In this document: piece after piece, positions 45,999-58,933 of the stretch
How positions within the stretch are numbered: the stretch's first letter is position 1
Layout: the number at the start of each line of letters is the position of its first letter
Assembly: GCA_964016885.1 (NCBI GenBank)
Contig: OZ024740.1
Location: forward strand, 312,418,001 to 312,482,000
DNA from: Eledone cirrhosa
Taxonomy: Eukaryota
DNA: 64,000 bases
Reading direction: 5' to 3'
Translations under genes and position numbers: made by a program
Notes under the pieces: model-generated
Database searches by the model: none
The model's input: only the letters and a program-made list of their open reading frames with translations
Told to the model about the DNA's origin: nothing

Positions 45999-46779
45999 AG
46001 AGGAGACCTTAAAAAGGCTACAGAAGGAATGATAATGGCTGCGCAAGAGCAGGCCCTCAAAATGAAGTGGGTGAAACACCATATTTACAAGGAGGAGGCT
46101 AGCCCACTGCGTAGGATCTGTGGAGATAGAGAGGAGACTGTGGCTCACATTGTATCCGAGTGTAAACACCTAGCCTAGACTCACTATAAAGGCTGGAGAC
46201 AGGATGTGATGGGCAGGGTGATCCACTGGCACCTATGCAAAGTAAACAATTTACCACATTCTGAGAAGTGGTATGAGCATAAGCCAGAGTCGGTGATAGA
46301 AAACGATCAGGTGAAGGTGCTGTGGGATTTTAGGATACAGACGGACAAGAAACTGGAACACAATAGACCTGACCTGGTGGTTTTGGACAAGGAAAAAAGA
46401 TCGTGCCTCATTGTGGACGTGGCCTGCTCATTCGAGACGAGAGAAGGAGAGAAGGAGAGGGAGAAAATTAACTGATACCAGGACTTAAAGTGGGAGGTAA
46501 AAAGGATTTGGAACTGCTATGAAGTCAAAGTGGTCCCGATTGTCATAGGTGCACTAGGTACTATCTCAAAGAGTTTCCAAGGATGGTTAAAGAAAATTAA
46601 TCCAGCCCCACTTTTTGGAACACTTCAAAAGGCATGCTTGCTGGGAACAGCAAGAACCCTCCGATACGTCCTGAATATCTGAGGCTGCAGGTAGTGGCTT
46701 GATATTCATTTCAACAAACTTTCCAGTTAACTAACATCAATGACTGAGACGCAAAGAACAATAATAATAATAATAATAA
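45999..46779 (+). mobile_element. R4/Dong-clade RLE retrotransposon 3' fragment within (TAA)n
   Basis: AAQEQAL, RICG..ETVAHIVSEC, IHWHLC, KWYEHKPE, VLWDF.IQTD..HNRPD, IVDVA, VVPIVIGALG, QKACLLGTA; (TAA)n on both sides. Confidence 0.88.
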
Positions 46780-46780
46780 T

Positions 46781-49700
46781 GCTTTCTTTATTAACCACAA
46801 GGGTTTACACAAAGTAGACATTAAGGACAATACAGGACGGTACAAATGGGCATTTGGAGAAAGCCCATTAAAAAAAAGCCACGGCGACCCTGACCACCAG
46901 GGCAAGTGTCCTCTCCCAGTTTTCCACCTTCAATTTACAGGCATATACTCAGAGTAGGTCCATTCTTGCCTCTCTCACCCATCTTTCAACAAAAAGCTGG
47001 GAAGAATGATTTCTTTATTGGCCACAAGGGCTGACATCAAGAAAAACATTACAGACGGCACAGGAGAGTACAGGATGGTACGATGTGGGTTTTGTGCGTG
47101 TAAAGATTTTTATTTATATATGAAAAGAAAAAAAAGACATAGAAACATATATATATAAACAATAAAAATGAAAATTGAAACAATGAAAAATTCCCCAACG
47201 GGGGAAACCTCCGAGGGTTACTCGTGGCGAAAACCACACAAAAGATCACGGCCACCCTGACCACCAGGGCAAGCGCCCTCTCTCAATTTTTCCATTTCTC
47301 AAACTACAGGCGTATATTCAGAGCGGTCCCGTTCACTCAGACCATTCTTGCTACATTCACCCACCTTTCAACAAACTTGCTAGAAGTGAAACTTGAAAAA
47401 GTTAATTAGGGATTCGCCAAAGTGGAAAGTGTCTGTCTTTAACACTTTCAACCTTGTCCACCACACAATCTCTTTCGCCATGGCCACCAGGCAGATGAAA
47501 ACCGCCTGCCCTTCCTCCTCGAAGGAAAACGGCGAGACCATCTGCACAATGGACTCAGTCGATAACCGGATCAGTCCTACACGCGACAGCAACTGTTCGA
47601 CATAGTTCCACAAGCCAGCAATGCTTGGGCACTGAACGAGTGCGTGCACGACGGTTTCGTTGCTCTGCGCGCATCTCGGACAGACTCAGCTTCGGCACTT
47701 CCGTGCCTGTAGAGCTTATCTCGAACCGGCAACACTGCCCGGTAGCACTGCCAGGGATTTTGGGAAGTTATCTGGGCTGAAAGTTCTCCGGAAGAGAACA
47801 AATAGCTGATCTTCTTCGATGCCCAGGATCTCTCCGAAAACGTTGTCGCTCTTCCCCTCCACTAGTCCTCTATAGAACGCTGAGGTGGATGTTCCACCGA
47901 TACTGGTGCCCAGCTGGCAGAGGGCAGTGAGCGCCTGAAGACATTCCAGTTTCCAAGCGCTATCCCTCGGTCTTTTCCTGACCTAGGACTGCAGCTCTGT
48001 CAAGGAGACGAGCTGTGGGAAAATGTGCCTGGCGAAAGGCGACCACACCTGTTCACCATCAAGTAAACACCAGAGATGTCACAGCCTCAGCGCATGTTTG
48101 CGCATCATCAGCCATGGCATGCCCAGTCCTCCACACAACGGGTGTTGACAGCAGATGGATCATCTGACCATGGGAGCACGTCCCTTCCACAAAAAGCGGA
48201 AAAGGAGGCACTCCATTTTGGTGAGAGTTGGGCCAGGGCAAGGGATGACGGTGAGGCGGTAGCAGATGACGGATGTGATGTACGCATTCACCACCTCTGC
48301 CCAGCCTTTCAGGGACAGCTTCCTCTCGGTCCATTTCTGGGTGAGGGAGGCCACCTTGCTCGTCACCTAGCTCCAGTTTTTCTCCATCTGGATGTCCGGT
48401 CCGAACCGGACCCCGAGCAATTTAACCGGTCCGTCTGTCCAACGCCCCATGACGCTGTCAGACGGCATGGACTTGCCTCTCCAGGTGCCGATCTGCAAGC
48501 CCACCGACTTTTCCTGGATTATCTTTGCTCCTGTCACCGCTTCGTATTCCTTGAGAGCAGTGCCGAGCATCTGGACATGTCTGGTGCTCGACACCACCAC
48601 GGTGACGTCGTCGGCATAAGCCGACTAGGATTTCCCGCATCCTAGTTCACGTGGGACGCCCCTCATCACCCCCAGTTTGTGCAGTAACGGCTCGAGAGCC
48701 AATACGTACAAGAGGGACGAGAGGGGACAACCCTGGCGGACCGAGCGCATGATGCTGAATGGCTGCGACAGGTGACCTTTCACCCTCACAACTGAGCAGA
48801 TGTCGCTGTACATCGTAGCGATCCATCCCTGAAAACGGGCCCGAAACCGGCTGCCTCAAGGACCGCCGCCAGGTACCGATGGTCGACCCTATCGAATGCT
48901 TTGGATTGATCCAAGTTGATCAGGGCCCCACCCTGCCAGGTTCCTTAACCTCCCTCTCGACGATGTATCGTATGAGGTGGAGGTTGTCGTGTATGGATCT
49001 GTCCGGAATGGCACATGTCTGCGCCTCTCCCACCAGACCCCCGACGACAAGCGCCAACCTCGTTGCTAACACCTTGGCCAAAATCTTGAACTCTGCATTT
49101 AGCAGAGTTATGGGACTGAAGTTATCAATAACATCCCCCTTGTTCGGGTCTTTTATCAGCAGTGCTACCGCTCCCCGGCTCACAAAACTGGGAATGCTCC
49201 CGTTCTGCTGCCAGTTGCAGTAGACGTCTGCCAAGAGGTCACCGAATAAGTCTGGCATAAATGCATAAAGCTCGTAGGGCAGACCATCCAAACCTGGCGA
49301 TTTACCCCTCATGCAGTTAGCCATTGCTTCCTGTATTTTACCGACTGTTATTGGCTTTTCGCAACACTGTGCTGCAGTCTTCGACAGCCGAGGCAGTCCG
49401 TCGAGGTATGCACTGAAGTCCATACCCCAATCCGGCCCACCGCTGCTCCCGAAGAGTTCAGCAATAATAATAATAATAATGCTTTCTTTATTAACCACAA
49501 GAGTTGACACAAAGTATAACATTAAGGACAACACAGGACAATACAGGACGCTACAAATGGGCATTTCTGCATGTAAAAAAAAACCAAAAAACAGAGGATG
49601 TAACAAAAAAAGAAAACAATGAAAAATTCCCCAATAGGGGGGAGACTTCCGAGGGCCGCTCATGGAGAAAGCCAACAAAAAAGCCACGGTTACCCTGACC

Positions 49701-50085
49701 GCTAGGGCAAGTGCCCTCTTACAGTTTTCCTCCTACGATGCTACAGGCACATGCTTAGAGTAGGCCCATTCACATGGGCCCTTCTTGCCTCTCTCACCCA
49801 CCTTTCAACAAATTGGCTGGAAGGCAGCACTTCCCTCTTCACCCTGATTTTCCTTTTCAGGTGAAACCTGGAAAAGTTAATGAGGGCGTCACCGAAGAGG
49901 GAAGTACCCGTCTTCAACCCTTTCAGACGTGTCCATCATACAACCTCTTTTACCATGGCCACCAGGCAGATAAAAACTGCCTGCCCTTCCCGGCTAAAGG
50001 AAGGTGGCGGGGCAATCCTCACGATAGACTCAGCTGATAGCCGGATCCGTACTGCACACGACAGCAGGTGTTCGGACAACAATAA
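46781..50085 (-). mobile_element. Tandem cluster of three 5'-truncated Tx1/L1-clade LINEs (46781-47005, 47010-49461, 49481-50085)
   Basis: GKSPGLDGLPYELY, PITLLNAEFKILAK, DQSKAFDRVDH, RQGCPLS, YADD, C-terminal Cys/His region; repeated 3' UTR ending AATAAAGAAAGC(ATT)n. Confidence 0.9.
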
Positions 50086-50309
50086 TTAAAAAAAAAAGAA
50101 AAGGAAACAGACTTAATTCTTCCTTCCACTCCTAATTTCCCCCCACCGGATATTTGTTTAACAGTGGTTATGAACCAACTGGAAAGTTTTATGACCCTGT
50201 CTGAGTATATATAATACAAGAGCAACCAAGATGAAAATGTTAAGATATATTTTTCTAACACGTTTCTACAAGGATAATCAGAAGAACTATAAGAGGTGAC
50301 TTGAGGAAT

Positions 50310-51290
50310 TAGGTATTAAGTTTGACTACATCAATCCAGTGCGTCAGTGGTACTTTATTTTATCAACCCCGTAGGGAGGAAAAGCAAAGCTGTCCCCGGC
50401 GGAATTCGAACGCAGTACTCAAAGGGCCGTAACTCTGTGCTACAAAGCATTTAACCCAACGCTCTACCGATACTGCTAATCCACTAATAATTGTTTCTAC
50501 TTTTGGCACAAGACCAGCAATAATTCCAGTACATTACTGGTACTTTATTTTATCAACCCCATAAGGATGAAAGGCAAAGTGAACCTCGGCGGGATTTGAA
50601 CTCAGACTATAAAGGGGCGTAACTCTATGCTGCAAAGCATGGCGTCCTTCTACCGATACTGCCAATAATTATTTCTGAATTAGGCACAAAGCTAGTAATT
50701 TAGGGGATAGAAAAGTCAACTACATCGATCCAGGATTTTGCGGGTACTTTATTTTATCGACCCCCAGAAAGATGAAACGCAATGGTGACCTTAGCAGAAT
50801 TTGAACACAGAACGTAGGAATTTGTAACTAAATACCGCAAAGCATTTTGTCTGACGCTCTACAGATACAACTAATTCACTGCCCTATATGCAATCTAAAT
50901 CTAATAATTGTTTCTACTTTTGGCACAAGGCCAGCAATTACCCAGTGATTTACTGGTACTTTATTTTATCGACCCCGTAAGGATGAAAGGCAAAGTAAAC
51001 CTCGGCGGGATTTGAACTCAGAATGGTAAGGACCGTAACTCTATGCGTCAAAGCATGGTGTCCGACCCTCTTCCAATACTGCCATAATGGTTCCTGATTT
51101 AAGCACAATGCCAGCAATTTGAAGGATGGCAAAAGTCAACCATATCAACTCCAGTGTTTGACTGGTGCTTTGTTTTATCGACTTCGGTGGGATTTGAACT
51201 GAGAATGTAGAAAGTCGTAACTAAATACCGCACTGCATTTTATCCGACGCTCTACGGATACTACCTATCGACCACCCTATCAGTCAATCT
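50310..51290 (-). mobile_element. Array of five Meta/MESC-like tRNA SINE copies
   Basis: Five repeats of TGGTACTTTATTTTATCGACCCC..AAGGATGAAAGGCAAAG..CGGCGGGATTTGAACTCAG. Confidence 0.85.
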
Positions 51291-51544
51291 AATATTAACT
51301 TTTGTCTTAAAAAGTTCTCAAACGTTTTGGGGCCACCGCCCCCCTCACAGCTATGTAATACCTTCAGCGTCCACCACCCCTATTTCCAGAAAGTCCTGTC
51401 TACATGCAAATAATAGATTAAATCTTTAATTTATATATAATAATATAATATATACTATTTATAAATAGATATATTTTTTTTAATTAAACTATATTTATGT
51501 ATAATATATATCATTTGATAATCTCTGCTGTAGGCGCTCGTTGG

Positions 51545-51782
51545 AAAGGGAGATGCCGAAACACTGCATCCTTTAAAACCCTCATGCTTCCCGAAATTCG
51601 CCAAAACTACACCTGATGTGCCCCTTCCATACACATGCACACATGTGTACATCACGACTCATGCACTGTTCATTTTCATATTTCCTGATGTTTGTACATT
51701 ACCCTATGTACTATACATATACTTTTGATGAGTTGTAGTGCACCTGAGCACTGTACACAATATTTTCATTATTATTATTATA
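51545..51782 (+). mobile_element. CR1 3' end with (ATT)n tail
   Basis: Reverse complement of 62668-62890; further copies at 58350-58540 and 60625-60735. Confidence 0.8.
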
Positions 51783-53781
51783 ATTCTTACAGGCTAGTTA
51801 TTTTTAACTAACAAAATATATATGACAACAAACAGAATTGACAGGTCACCAAATGCCCAGCCGAAAGGTTCGCAGCCTCAACACACCAGCTCAGCACATC
51901 AGAGTGGTCGAATAATTTTTGTTGACTTTTAGCTTCACGTCGACTCTGATAAAAGGCACTGGGATCCTAGATACACATGTCTTCTGTCATTTTAAGACAA
52001 CATGTCATTTGAAACAAATTCAGCTACTATTTCTAGCAGATCGAATGACCACATAGAGGCTCTTTTTGGCGCTCACTGTTAAAAACGGCAGCAGTTTTGC
52101 AAGATTGAATATTCTATAGGTATGTAGTGCTAAATTCTTGTCATTTAGCTCCAAGTTAATCATGACCGAGCAGATTTATGATCAAAGGTGTTCTAATCAT
52201 GATCACTCCATCTTTTTAGAAGATTCTAAGACTGCATTATTTAATGTAATCTTCCCTTTTAAAAATAGAGTGTTATTTGAAGGAAATTTGGTTGCTATTT
52301 CTAGCAATCATAATAACCACATAGAAGCATATTTTATAGCTTATGCAATGCTTAGAATCTTTCCCGTGAATTGGCAAGGATAAGTGCCGAGTAATTCCGA
52401 TAACATTAGGGCACCACACTTTTCCATTTTAAGACCGTCAGTATTCTAAAAAGCTTTCCGAAAGTAATCATCTCCTCTATATTAAGACATTTGGCAGTTG
52501 GTGCCCCGATATATAAACATATGAATATTAATACCAATTCTTATTCTATACAACAAAATCTATGATCATTAGAAGCTTGCCTAGTATACAGCAAATGAAG
52601 TTCAATGCTTTCAAATGATAATTTGCCTTCTGAAACATGTCTACCCATTCCAGCTTTATAAGAATACTAAAGAGAGTTAGCATACACCATTCACAGTCTA
52701 GCTTTGATTTACACATTACCTCCTAATAAAATACAATAAAAACTGCAATAATCCTTACACATGCTCATGATGTCATTCAGAAAACATCAAGTAAAGCAAA
52801 GATCTCGTTATATAAAACATAAATACAAAACAAATATTACCAACTTGGAGTAAATTCAAATAAAAACTTACTGGTGGACTCGCTACATACACAGATACAA
52901 GCACATCAATGAAAAAAAAAATGACAAAAGGGTCATGTCCTTAGAAATGAGGAGATAAACTAAAGATTTTAACTCCATGGACAAAATTTTGCTAAGTGCA
53001 CTGATAGTAAATCATGAAAATTACTGTAAAAATAACGTGACATAACATTAAGACTGTTATTTTAAGGGACACAGTAAACATGAGCATAAAAAAATCAATT
53101 CGTTAATCGTATGCTTAATATCCTAAAACATATTCTTTACAACCAATATAATTGACTAATGGTAACATGTAACTAAAACACCTTTCTTTCCATAGTCTAT
53201 GAACATTTGGTCTATTCTATGATTAAATATGACACCTCCATAGAGACATAGTAACTTGAAAATTAAAACTGTGAGGTGGACAGGTTTGTATTAAAGTATT
53301 GTATATTTTCACAAAACATTCTAGATATGAATGGAATTATAATAGAAGAATAACTGGTTATCATATGTCAATTTGACATTAAGTCAAAGCAATGTAATAG
53401 CTAAACAATTTAATTGATGTTTAGTTAACCTGGAGTTAAACAAACAATTCCCTTGTGTATATTGTTGTTTTTAATGGCTTAGTCAAATTATATTTTTCAG
53501 AACCACACATTATGACTGGTGGGAGGAAGGGAAGAAGTTATCCTCAGTTCAGTGATCAACAGAGTGGACTCTGCTAAAGACACCCAAGGGCCAAGTAGAT
53601 GCATTAAGTCTGGCACCCAAGAACAAAAACGGTCCTTCAGACGGGCGTTCACACAGTCTACTAATTTTCACTTACCTGACTTTTGGTGTTGTGTGGTTAA
53701 TAAGTAAACTTCTTAACCAGAAGCCATATAACAGTGGCAGAAGCAGGAGCAGCAGCAGCAGCAGCAAGAAGAAGAAGAAGA

Positions 53782-54790
53782 ACTCTGTGTTGATGGTGAT
53801 GAGAAGGGAGGTGGTCCTAGGGACAAGGACACCAGAAGTCTCCACTGCTACGGGATCGACTGCAAACCTGTCAGACAGCGACCGATATTTGGAGAGTTTA
53901 CCCTCCTCGGCCTGAAGTGCAGCAGAGTCTGGGTTAGTCGCAGATTGCACCAGGTTGCCACTGGAAAATGTGTCGCTGCATGTGACATCCCAGATGAGGG
54001 ATTTACCACCGCAGAACGGGAAGATGGTCATGCTGTCTGGCCTTTTGCCATTCCCTCAGTCCAACCCCGCTGTCTCAAGCTGTGAGTAGAAGCCTGCAAC
54101 ATCCAAGCCATGCTTTATGACCTCGTTGAGAGCAGCATGGCGTGGAAAGCGACCGGCACTGTAGCGACAGGACAGCGAGTGGAGGCCAAAAGATTCTATG
54201 GTGGATCCACAGAAACATTTGTGTGGCTCGCAGATCTGGAGACTGAGCCTCAGGGAAACCTCGATTACAAGCTATCATTATCCAGCTGCGTACCAAACGA
54301 AAAGGAGGGTAAGGCATTGAATCAGGCACCGCTGTGGGATTGCGAGACCAAGTGAAAACATGCGAGGCGGTGCTGGTCGACTGGCGCGCTAGCCTGTCCG
54401 AGGCCATGTCACACTGGATGGCATACCATATGCTCTGGGGGATTTGACATCTACAGGGGGAAGAGGAGGAGGTACGTCTACTGGGCGGAGTCTGAGCCGG
54501 TTCCAAGTCGCGCAGGCACCCTCGCATTCCTCGATCACAGTGAATTCCGTTGTGTTCAGGACAATCCTCTTGATGAAGACATGGCAATGGGTTACCGATG
54601 AAAGAAACGCCAGTAAAGCCAGCGAGACTGGAGCCCAAGGCCACCATTTCTAACAGGTAAAGTGGCCTGTTGCCATCCAAAGACGTCAAACCTGACATTG
54701 CATATCACCTCAGCTGCTACTCGGATATAAGTATCAAGGTCAGTGAGGAGGGATGCGTGGCTGTAGCAAGGAGCGCTATGAAATGCTGTT
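53782..54790 (-). mobile_element. CRE-clade 3' fragment, same family as 6384-7390
   Basis: QATLPVRNGGLG, GKRPDSMTIFPF..WDVTCSDT..AEEGKLSKY..AVETSG. Confidence 0.85.
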
Positions 54791-55339
54791 ATGAAAATTT
54801 TGCAGATTAAAAAAAAAAACGAAACTGAAAAGCTCATTTGTTAGTTTTTTTATCACTGCTTTATATATTTAAATGTTTACCAGTGGTTATATTCAGATAA
54901 TCTGATATTATAATCTTTAATTCTACTTTTATAATTATACATATTAAGCTGTTTTTTTCATCATCATCATCATCATCATCTTCGTTTAACGTCCATCTTT
55001 TCATATATCATAATTATATTTTCTACAAAAAAGGAAAAGCTACAACTTTTAAATTCCAGTTTAGAACATTGTCTAAAATAAGTCTAAAGCCTGTTAGAGT
55101 GCAGAGACTCATCAGGCCACTGCTTATCCCAATTCACCACCCTGTCTATAATAATGATAATAATGATTTCTACTAGAGGCACAAGGCCAGCAATTTCGGG
55201 GGAGAGGAAAATTGATTAAATCGAATCCAGTGTATTACTGGTACTTTATTTTATCGACATTATATAAAAATAATTGAACAGTATCTAATAAAAACAAATC
55301 ACACTATCAAAGGGAACAGAAAAGGAAGAAGAAAAAAGA

Positions 55340-55660
55340 AAATGAAAAGGAGAAAAAGAAAAGGATCAAGGGAGAGGGTAAGGGACAGTCACTACTCCCC
55401 AGTTTGAGCAGTGCCTCAGCCATGCCATACCCTGCAGACAAAAACACAAAAGTGTTACTGCCTAGAATGACCAGAGACACCAGCTGTAACAGCCACCCTA
55501 CCTCACGTAGCTCCTTCCTCATACGGGCCGCTGTCTTTCCAACTTTATGGAGGAAATCAGCAGTGTGAGGGCTGATGACGTCAGAGGTCTTGACGGAGAC
55601 CAGTGCAAAGAGGAAACGGTCAGTCAGGCCCCAGTCATGTCTGCAATGTGGCCTAACTAC
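55340..55660 (-). mobile_element. Probable Tx1/L1-like 3' fragment
   Basis: GC-rich stretch reading WK..RMRKEL..W on the minus strand, then a pyrimidine-rich 3' UTR; weak motif support. Confidence 0.35.
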
Positions 55661-56099
55661 AGTTTACTGACCCTTCCAATTATGTTCCATCATAACTTCT
55701 TTCATAATATAAATTTTTTAATGAAATTTTGCTGATGTGTATTTTTGATGATGTAGACTAGTTATGTTTTAAAAAATTTGTAATTAATTAAATTTTTTAA
55801 ATACTTTCATTAATGTGCACACAGCAGACACAGTAAATGTAGTTGGCATTAGGAAGGGCATCTAGCCATAAAAACCTAGCCAGAAACAGTTCTATATGAG
55901 CATGACACGGTCACCTGACTTGACTTGCCTCTAATGGGACAACCCGTCTAATCCATGCTAGCATGGAAAATGGACATTAAACTATGATGATGGTGAGTAC
56001 CATTCCTTAATGCCTTTGTTTAGTGAATACTTTTTATTGTGTTTGTTCTAGATTTGGCTAAACAAAAACAGGGGAAAATCTTTTTTCCTGTAACTAACT

Positions 56100-56400
56100 T
56101 TGATAGGTTTCGGCCAGTATTGGCCCAGGCCATGTCTAACTTAATAGCACCACCTGGCAAAGTCTATCAAATTAGGATTTGGACACCATGGTCCACTCAA
56201 GTAGAGAGTTATTGTTTACATAGACATATCCGGGTGTAGGAGGTTTATCTGGGATTTCTTGAAGGAATTAGTCCAAAGACTTTCTGAACTTTATGGAGTC
56301 AGTTTCTGTTTTAATGTGTTTTGGTGTAATGTTAAAGAGAACGGGGCCAATTGAGATTGAGGTGAAATAATTGTGCCGTAATGTTATGAGATGCAAGTTT
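56100..56400 (-). mobile_element. CR1/L2-group LINE 3' fragment
   Basis: GPVLFNITPKHIK..LD.FLQEIPDKP..PGY C-terminal motif. Confidence 0.6.
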
Positions 56401-56601
56401 GATTTTTGTTGTATAATATATATTTTAAGTTAACTTCTTTATGTATTAATATATTTAGTCACTTTGGACATTGCTTAGTCCCTTATAAATTGACCTCTTT
56501 TATCATTTTATCTAAACTATTAATCACAACTTTTATATATATATACTTTATGGTTAATTTATGGTTAAATCTAAATGTTTTTTTATATGCTTATATGTGT
56601 A

Positions 56602-56635
<34 letters not shown>

Positions 56636-56874
56636 CATATATGTGTGTGTATGTGTATATAGATGTATATGTATATAGACACACATTTATCTTTATATTT
56701 TATTATTTTATATATATGTATGTGTGTGTATATGTATCTGTGTGTATATGTATGTATCTGTGTGTATATATGTATATATGTGTATATATATGTGTATGTA
56801 TATATGTATATATGTGTATATATATGTATATATGTGTATATATATATATATCTGTGAATATATATGTATATATG

Positions 56875-57220
56875 TGAAGGCACATGGCTTAGTGGTTAGA
56901 GCATTGGCCTTGCAATCGAAAGGTTGTGAGTTCAATTCTCAGACCGGGTGATGTGTTGTTTCCTTGAGCAAGACACTTTATTTCACATTGCTCCAGTTTA
57001 CTCAGCTGTAGAAATGAGATGATAGGGACCCCAGTCCCTATCATTCCACTGCAAAGTGGTCGTGGAGGTGCCACGGCAAAAAAGCACCCAGCACTCACTG
57101 TAAATGAGGTTGGTGTTAGGAAGGGCATCCAGCTGTAGAAATCAAGCCAGAATCAGTTCCCGTCCCACCCTTGCAAGCAGGGAAAAAGTGGACGTAAAAT
57201 GAAATGATGAAATGATGATA
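56875..57220 (+). mobile_element. Full-length SINE: tRNA head, CORE-like domain, RTE-derived body and tail
   Basis: A-box TGGCTTAGTGG, B-box GAGTTCAATTC, TCCTTGAGCAAGACACTT core, AGGAAGGGCATCC block, 3' CCCACCCTTGCAAGCAGGGAAAAAGTGGACGTAAAATGA matching the RTE end at 19787-19825. Confidence 0.85.
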
Positions 57221-57250
57221 TGTGTGTATCTATACACACATATTTATTAG

Positions 57251-57660
57251 AACCAGTACAACCTGTCTCATGGTCGGGTCGTTGGCGACTAAACTGGCAA
57301 CGCCACCAAGGTTTCTTGGTGAGGAGGGTGACTTTGGACATCCTGCAGGACTAAAAACAAAACCTGTCAAAGGGCAAAGGAGCTCTTAAGAGTCAATGGC
57401 CATCCAAAATCACTGGGAGAGATGACCCCTTAGCCTTTGTCAAGGCAGAATTCTAGTTGAAGGAAAACTCTGATATAACACCTGCAACCCTGATGGTATC
57501 CAATGATGCTGACTTGTTCTTTTTGGTAAATATCATCTTGGTTAAGAGAGTGGGACTGGCTTTGTGCAGTGCCTTTGCTCACTATAAAAGCTTCACAGCA
57601 CAGGCATTGCTTTATATTTGGAGATCTCTCTGCACTTGTCGTCACATGGTACCATGGGCC
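57251..57660 (+). mobile_element. Second RTE-type 5' UTR fragment with partial HDV-like motif
   Basis: CCAGT-ACAACCTGT-..-GG-GTCG-ttgg-CGAC-TAA-ACTGG; GAAGGAAAACTCTGATATAACACC. Confidence 0.55.
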
Positions 57661-58787
57661 CAGTACTATGTGTCAATAATTGTCACAAGTGTAGTGTTTG
57701 TACCAGAGTTTTCAAGTTGCTGGCTGGACTAAAAATACACACTCGTTCAGCCCATCGGTAGAGGTTCTCCTACATGGATATAAAGTAGTGGCCGTACTAG
57801 AAAACGAGTTGGCAGCCACCATCTATACATATATATGAATGCCTGTGTATATAAGTATGTATCTGTGTATATATGCATATATTTGTGTGTATGTATGTAT
57901 GTATCTGTGTGTGTATATGTATATGACTGTGTATATATCTGTATGTGTATCTATGTATCTGTATATATATGTATATATCTGTGTGTATGTATGTATATAT
58001 GTATATATCTGTGTGTATATATCTATGTATCTATGTGTGTATATATCTATGTATCTGTATGTATATATGTATGTATCTATGTATATATGTGTATATATCT
58101 ATGCATCTGTGTGCATATATCTATGTATCTGTGTGTATATAATAATAATAATAATTGTTTCTACTTTAAGCACAAGGCCAGCAATTATCCAGTGCATTAC
58201 TGGTACTTTATTTTATCGACCCCGTAAGGATGAAAGGCAACGTTAACCTCGACGGGATTTGAACTCAGAACGTGAAGGGCCATAACTTTATGCTGCAAAG
58301 CATGGCATCCGAGCCCCTACCAATACTGCCAATCCACCGCCCAATGATAATAATAAAATTATTGTGTACTGTGCTCAGGTGCACTACAACTCATTAAAAG
58401 TGCATGTATAGTACATAGAATAATGTACAAATGTCAGGAAAGTGAACAGTGTATGAGTCATGATATACATGTGTGCGTGTGTATGGAGGGGTGATATCAG
58501 GTGTAGTGTTGGCGAATCTCAGGAAGCATGGAGGTTTTATGTATTGTAATATAACCCCACACCCACCACCACCCCAAAATCCTTAAGATAAGTACTAGTG
58601 CCAATGTAATGGAGTAAACCCACTTAGACGGTACTCCATCATGGCCTCAGTCTAATGATTGAAATCAGTAAAAGAAAAGAATATCTGAATTATAATCAAA
58701 ACACTGCGTAAATATTCAAGTGAGCAGAGTATGTGTATTTATGTATATATCTCTGTGTGTATATACCTGTGTATATATGTATGTATC

Positions 58788-58825
<38 letters not shown>

Positions 58826-58933
58826 CATGTGTATATATGTATGTATATGTGTATATATATGTGTATATATGTATGTATATGTGTATATACCTGTGTATAT
58901 ATGTATGTATCTGTGTATATATATATATATATA

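Larger units (their letters stand above)
56590..58140. repeat. Long degenerate (TA/TG)n arrays (56590-56875, 57830-58140; similar at 58730-58932, 60228-60340, 62095-62360)
   Basis: Read directly from the sequence. Confidence 0.95.

Noticed and set aside
51850-51970. Short inverted blocks ATCAGAGT/ACTCTGAT
   Set aside because: Single occurrence with short stems; not distinguishable from chance.
56880-56950. tRNA-like A and B boxes
   Set aside because: No acceptor stem; continues into CORE and RTE-derived sequence, so it is a SINE head and not a tRNA gene.
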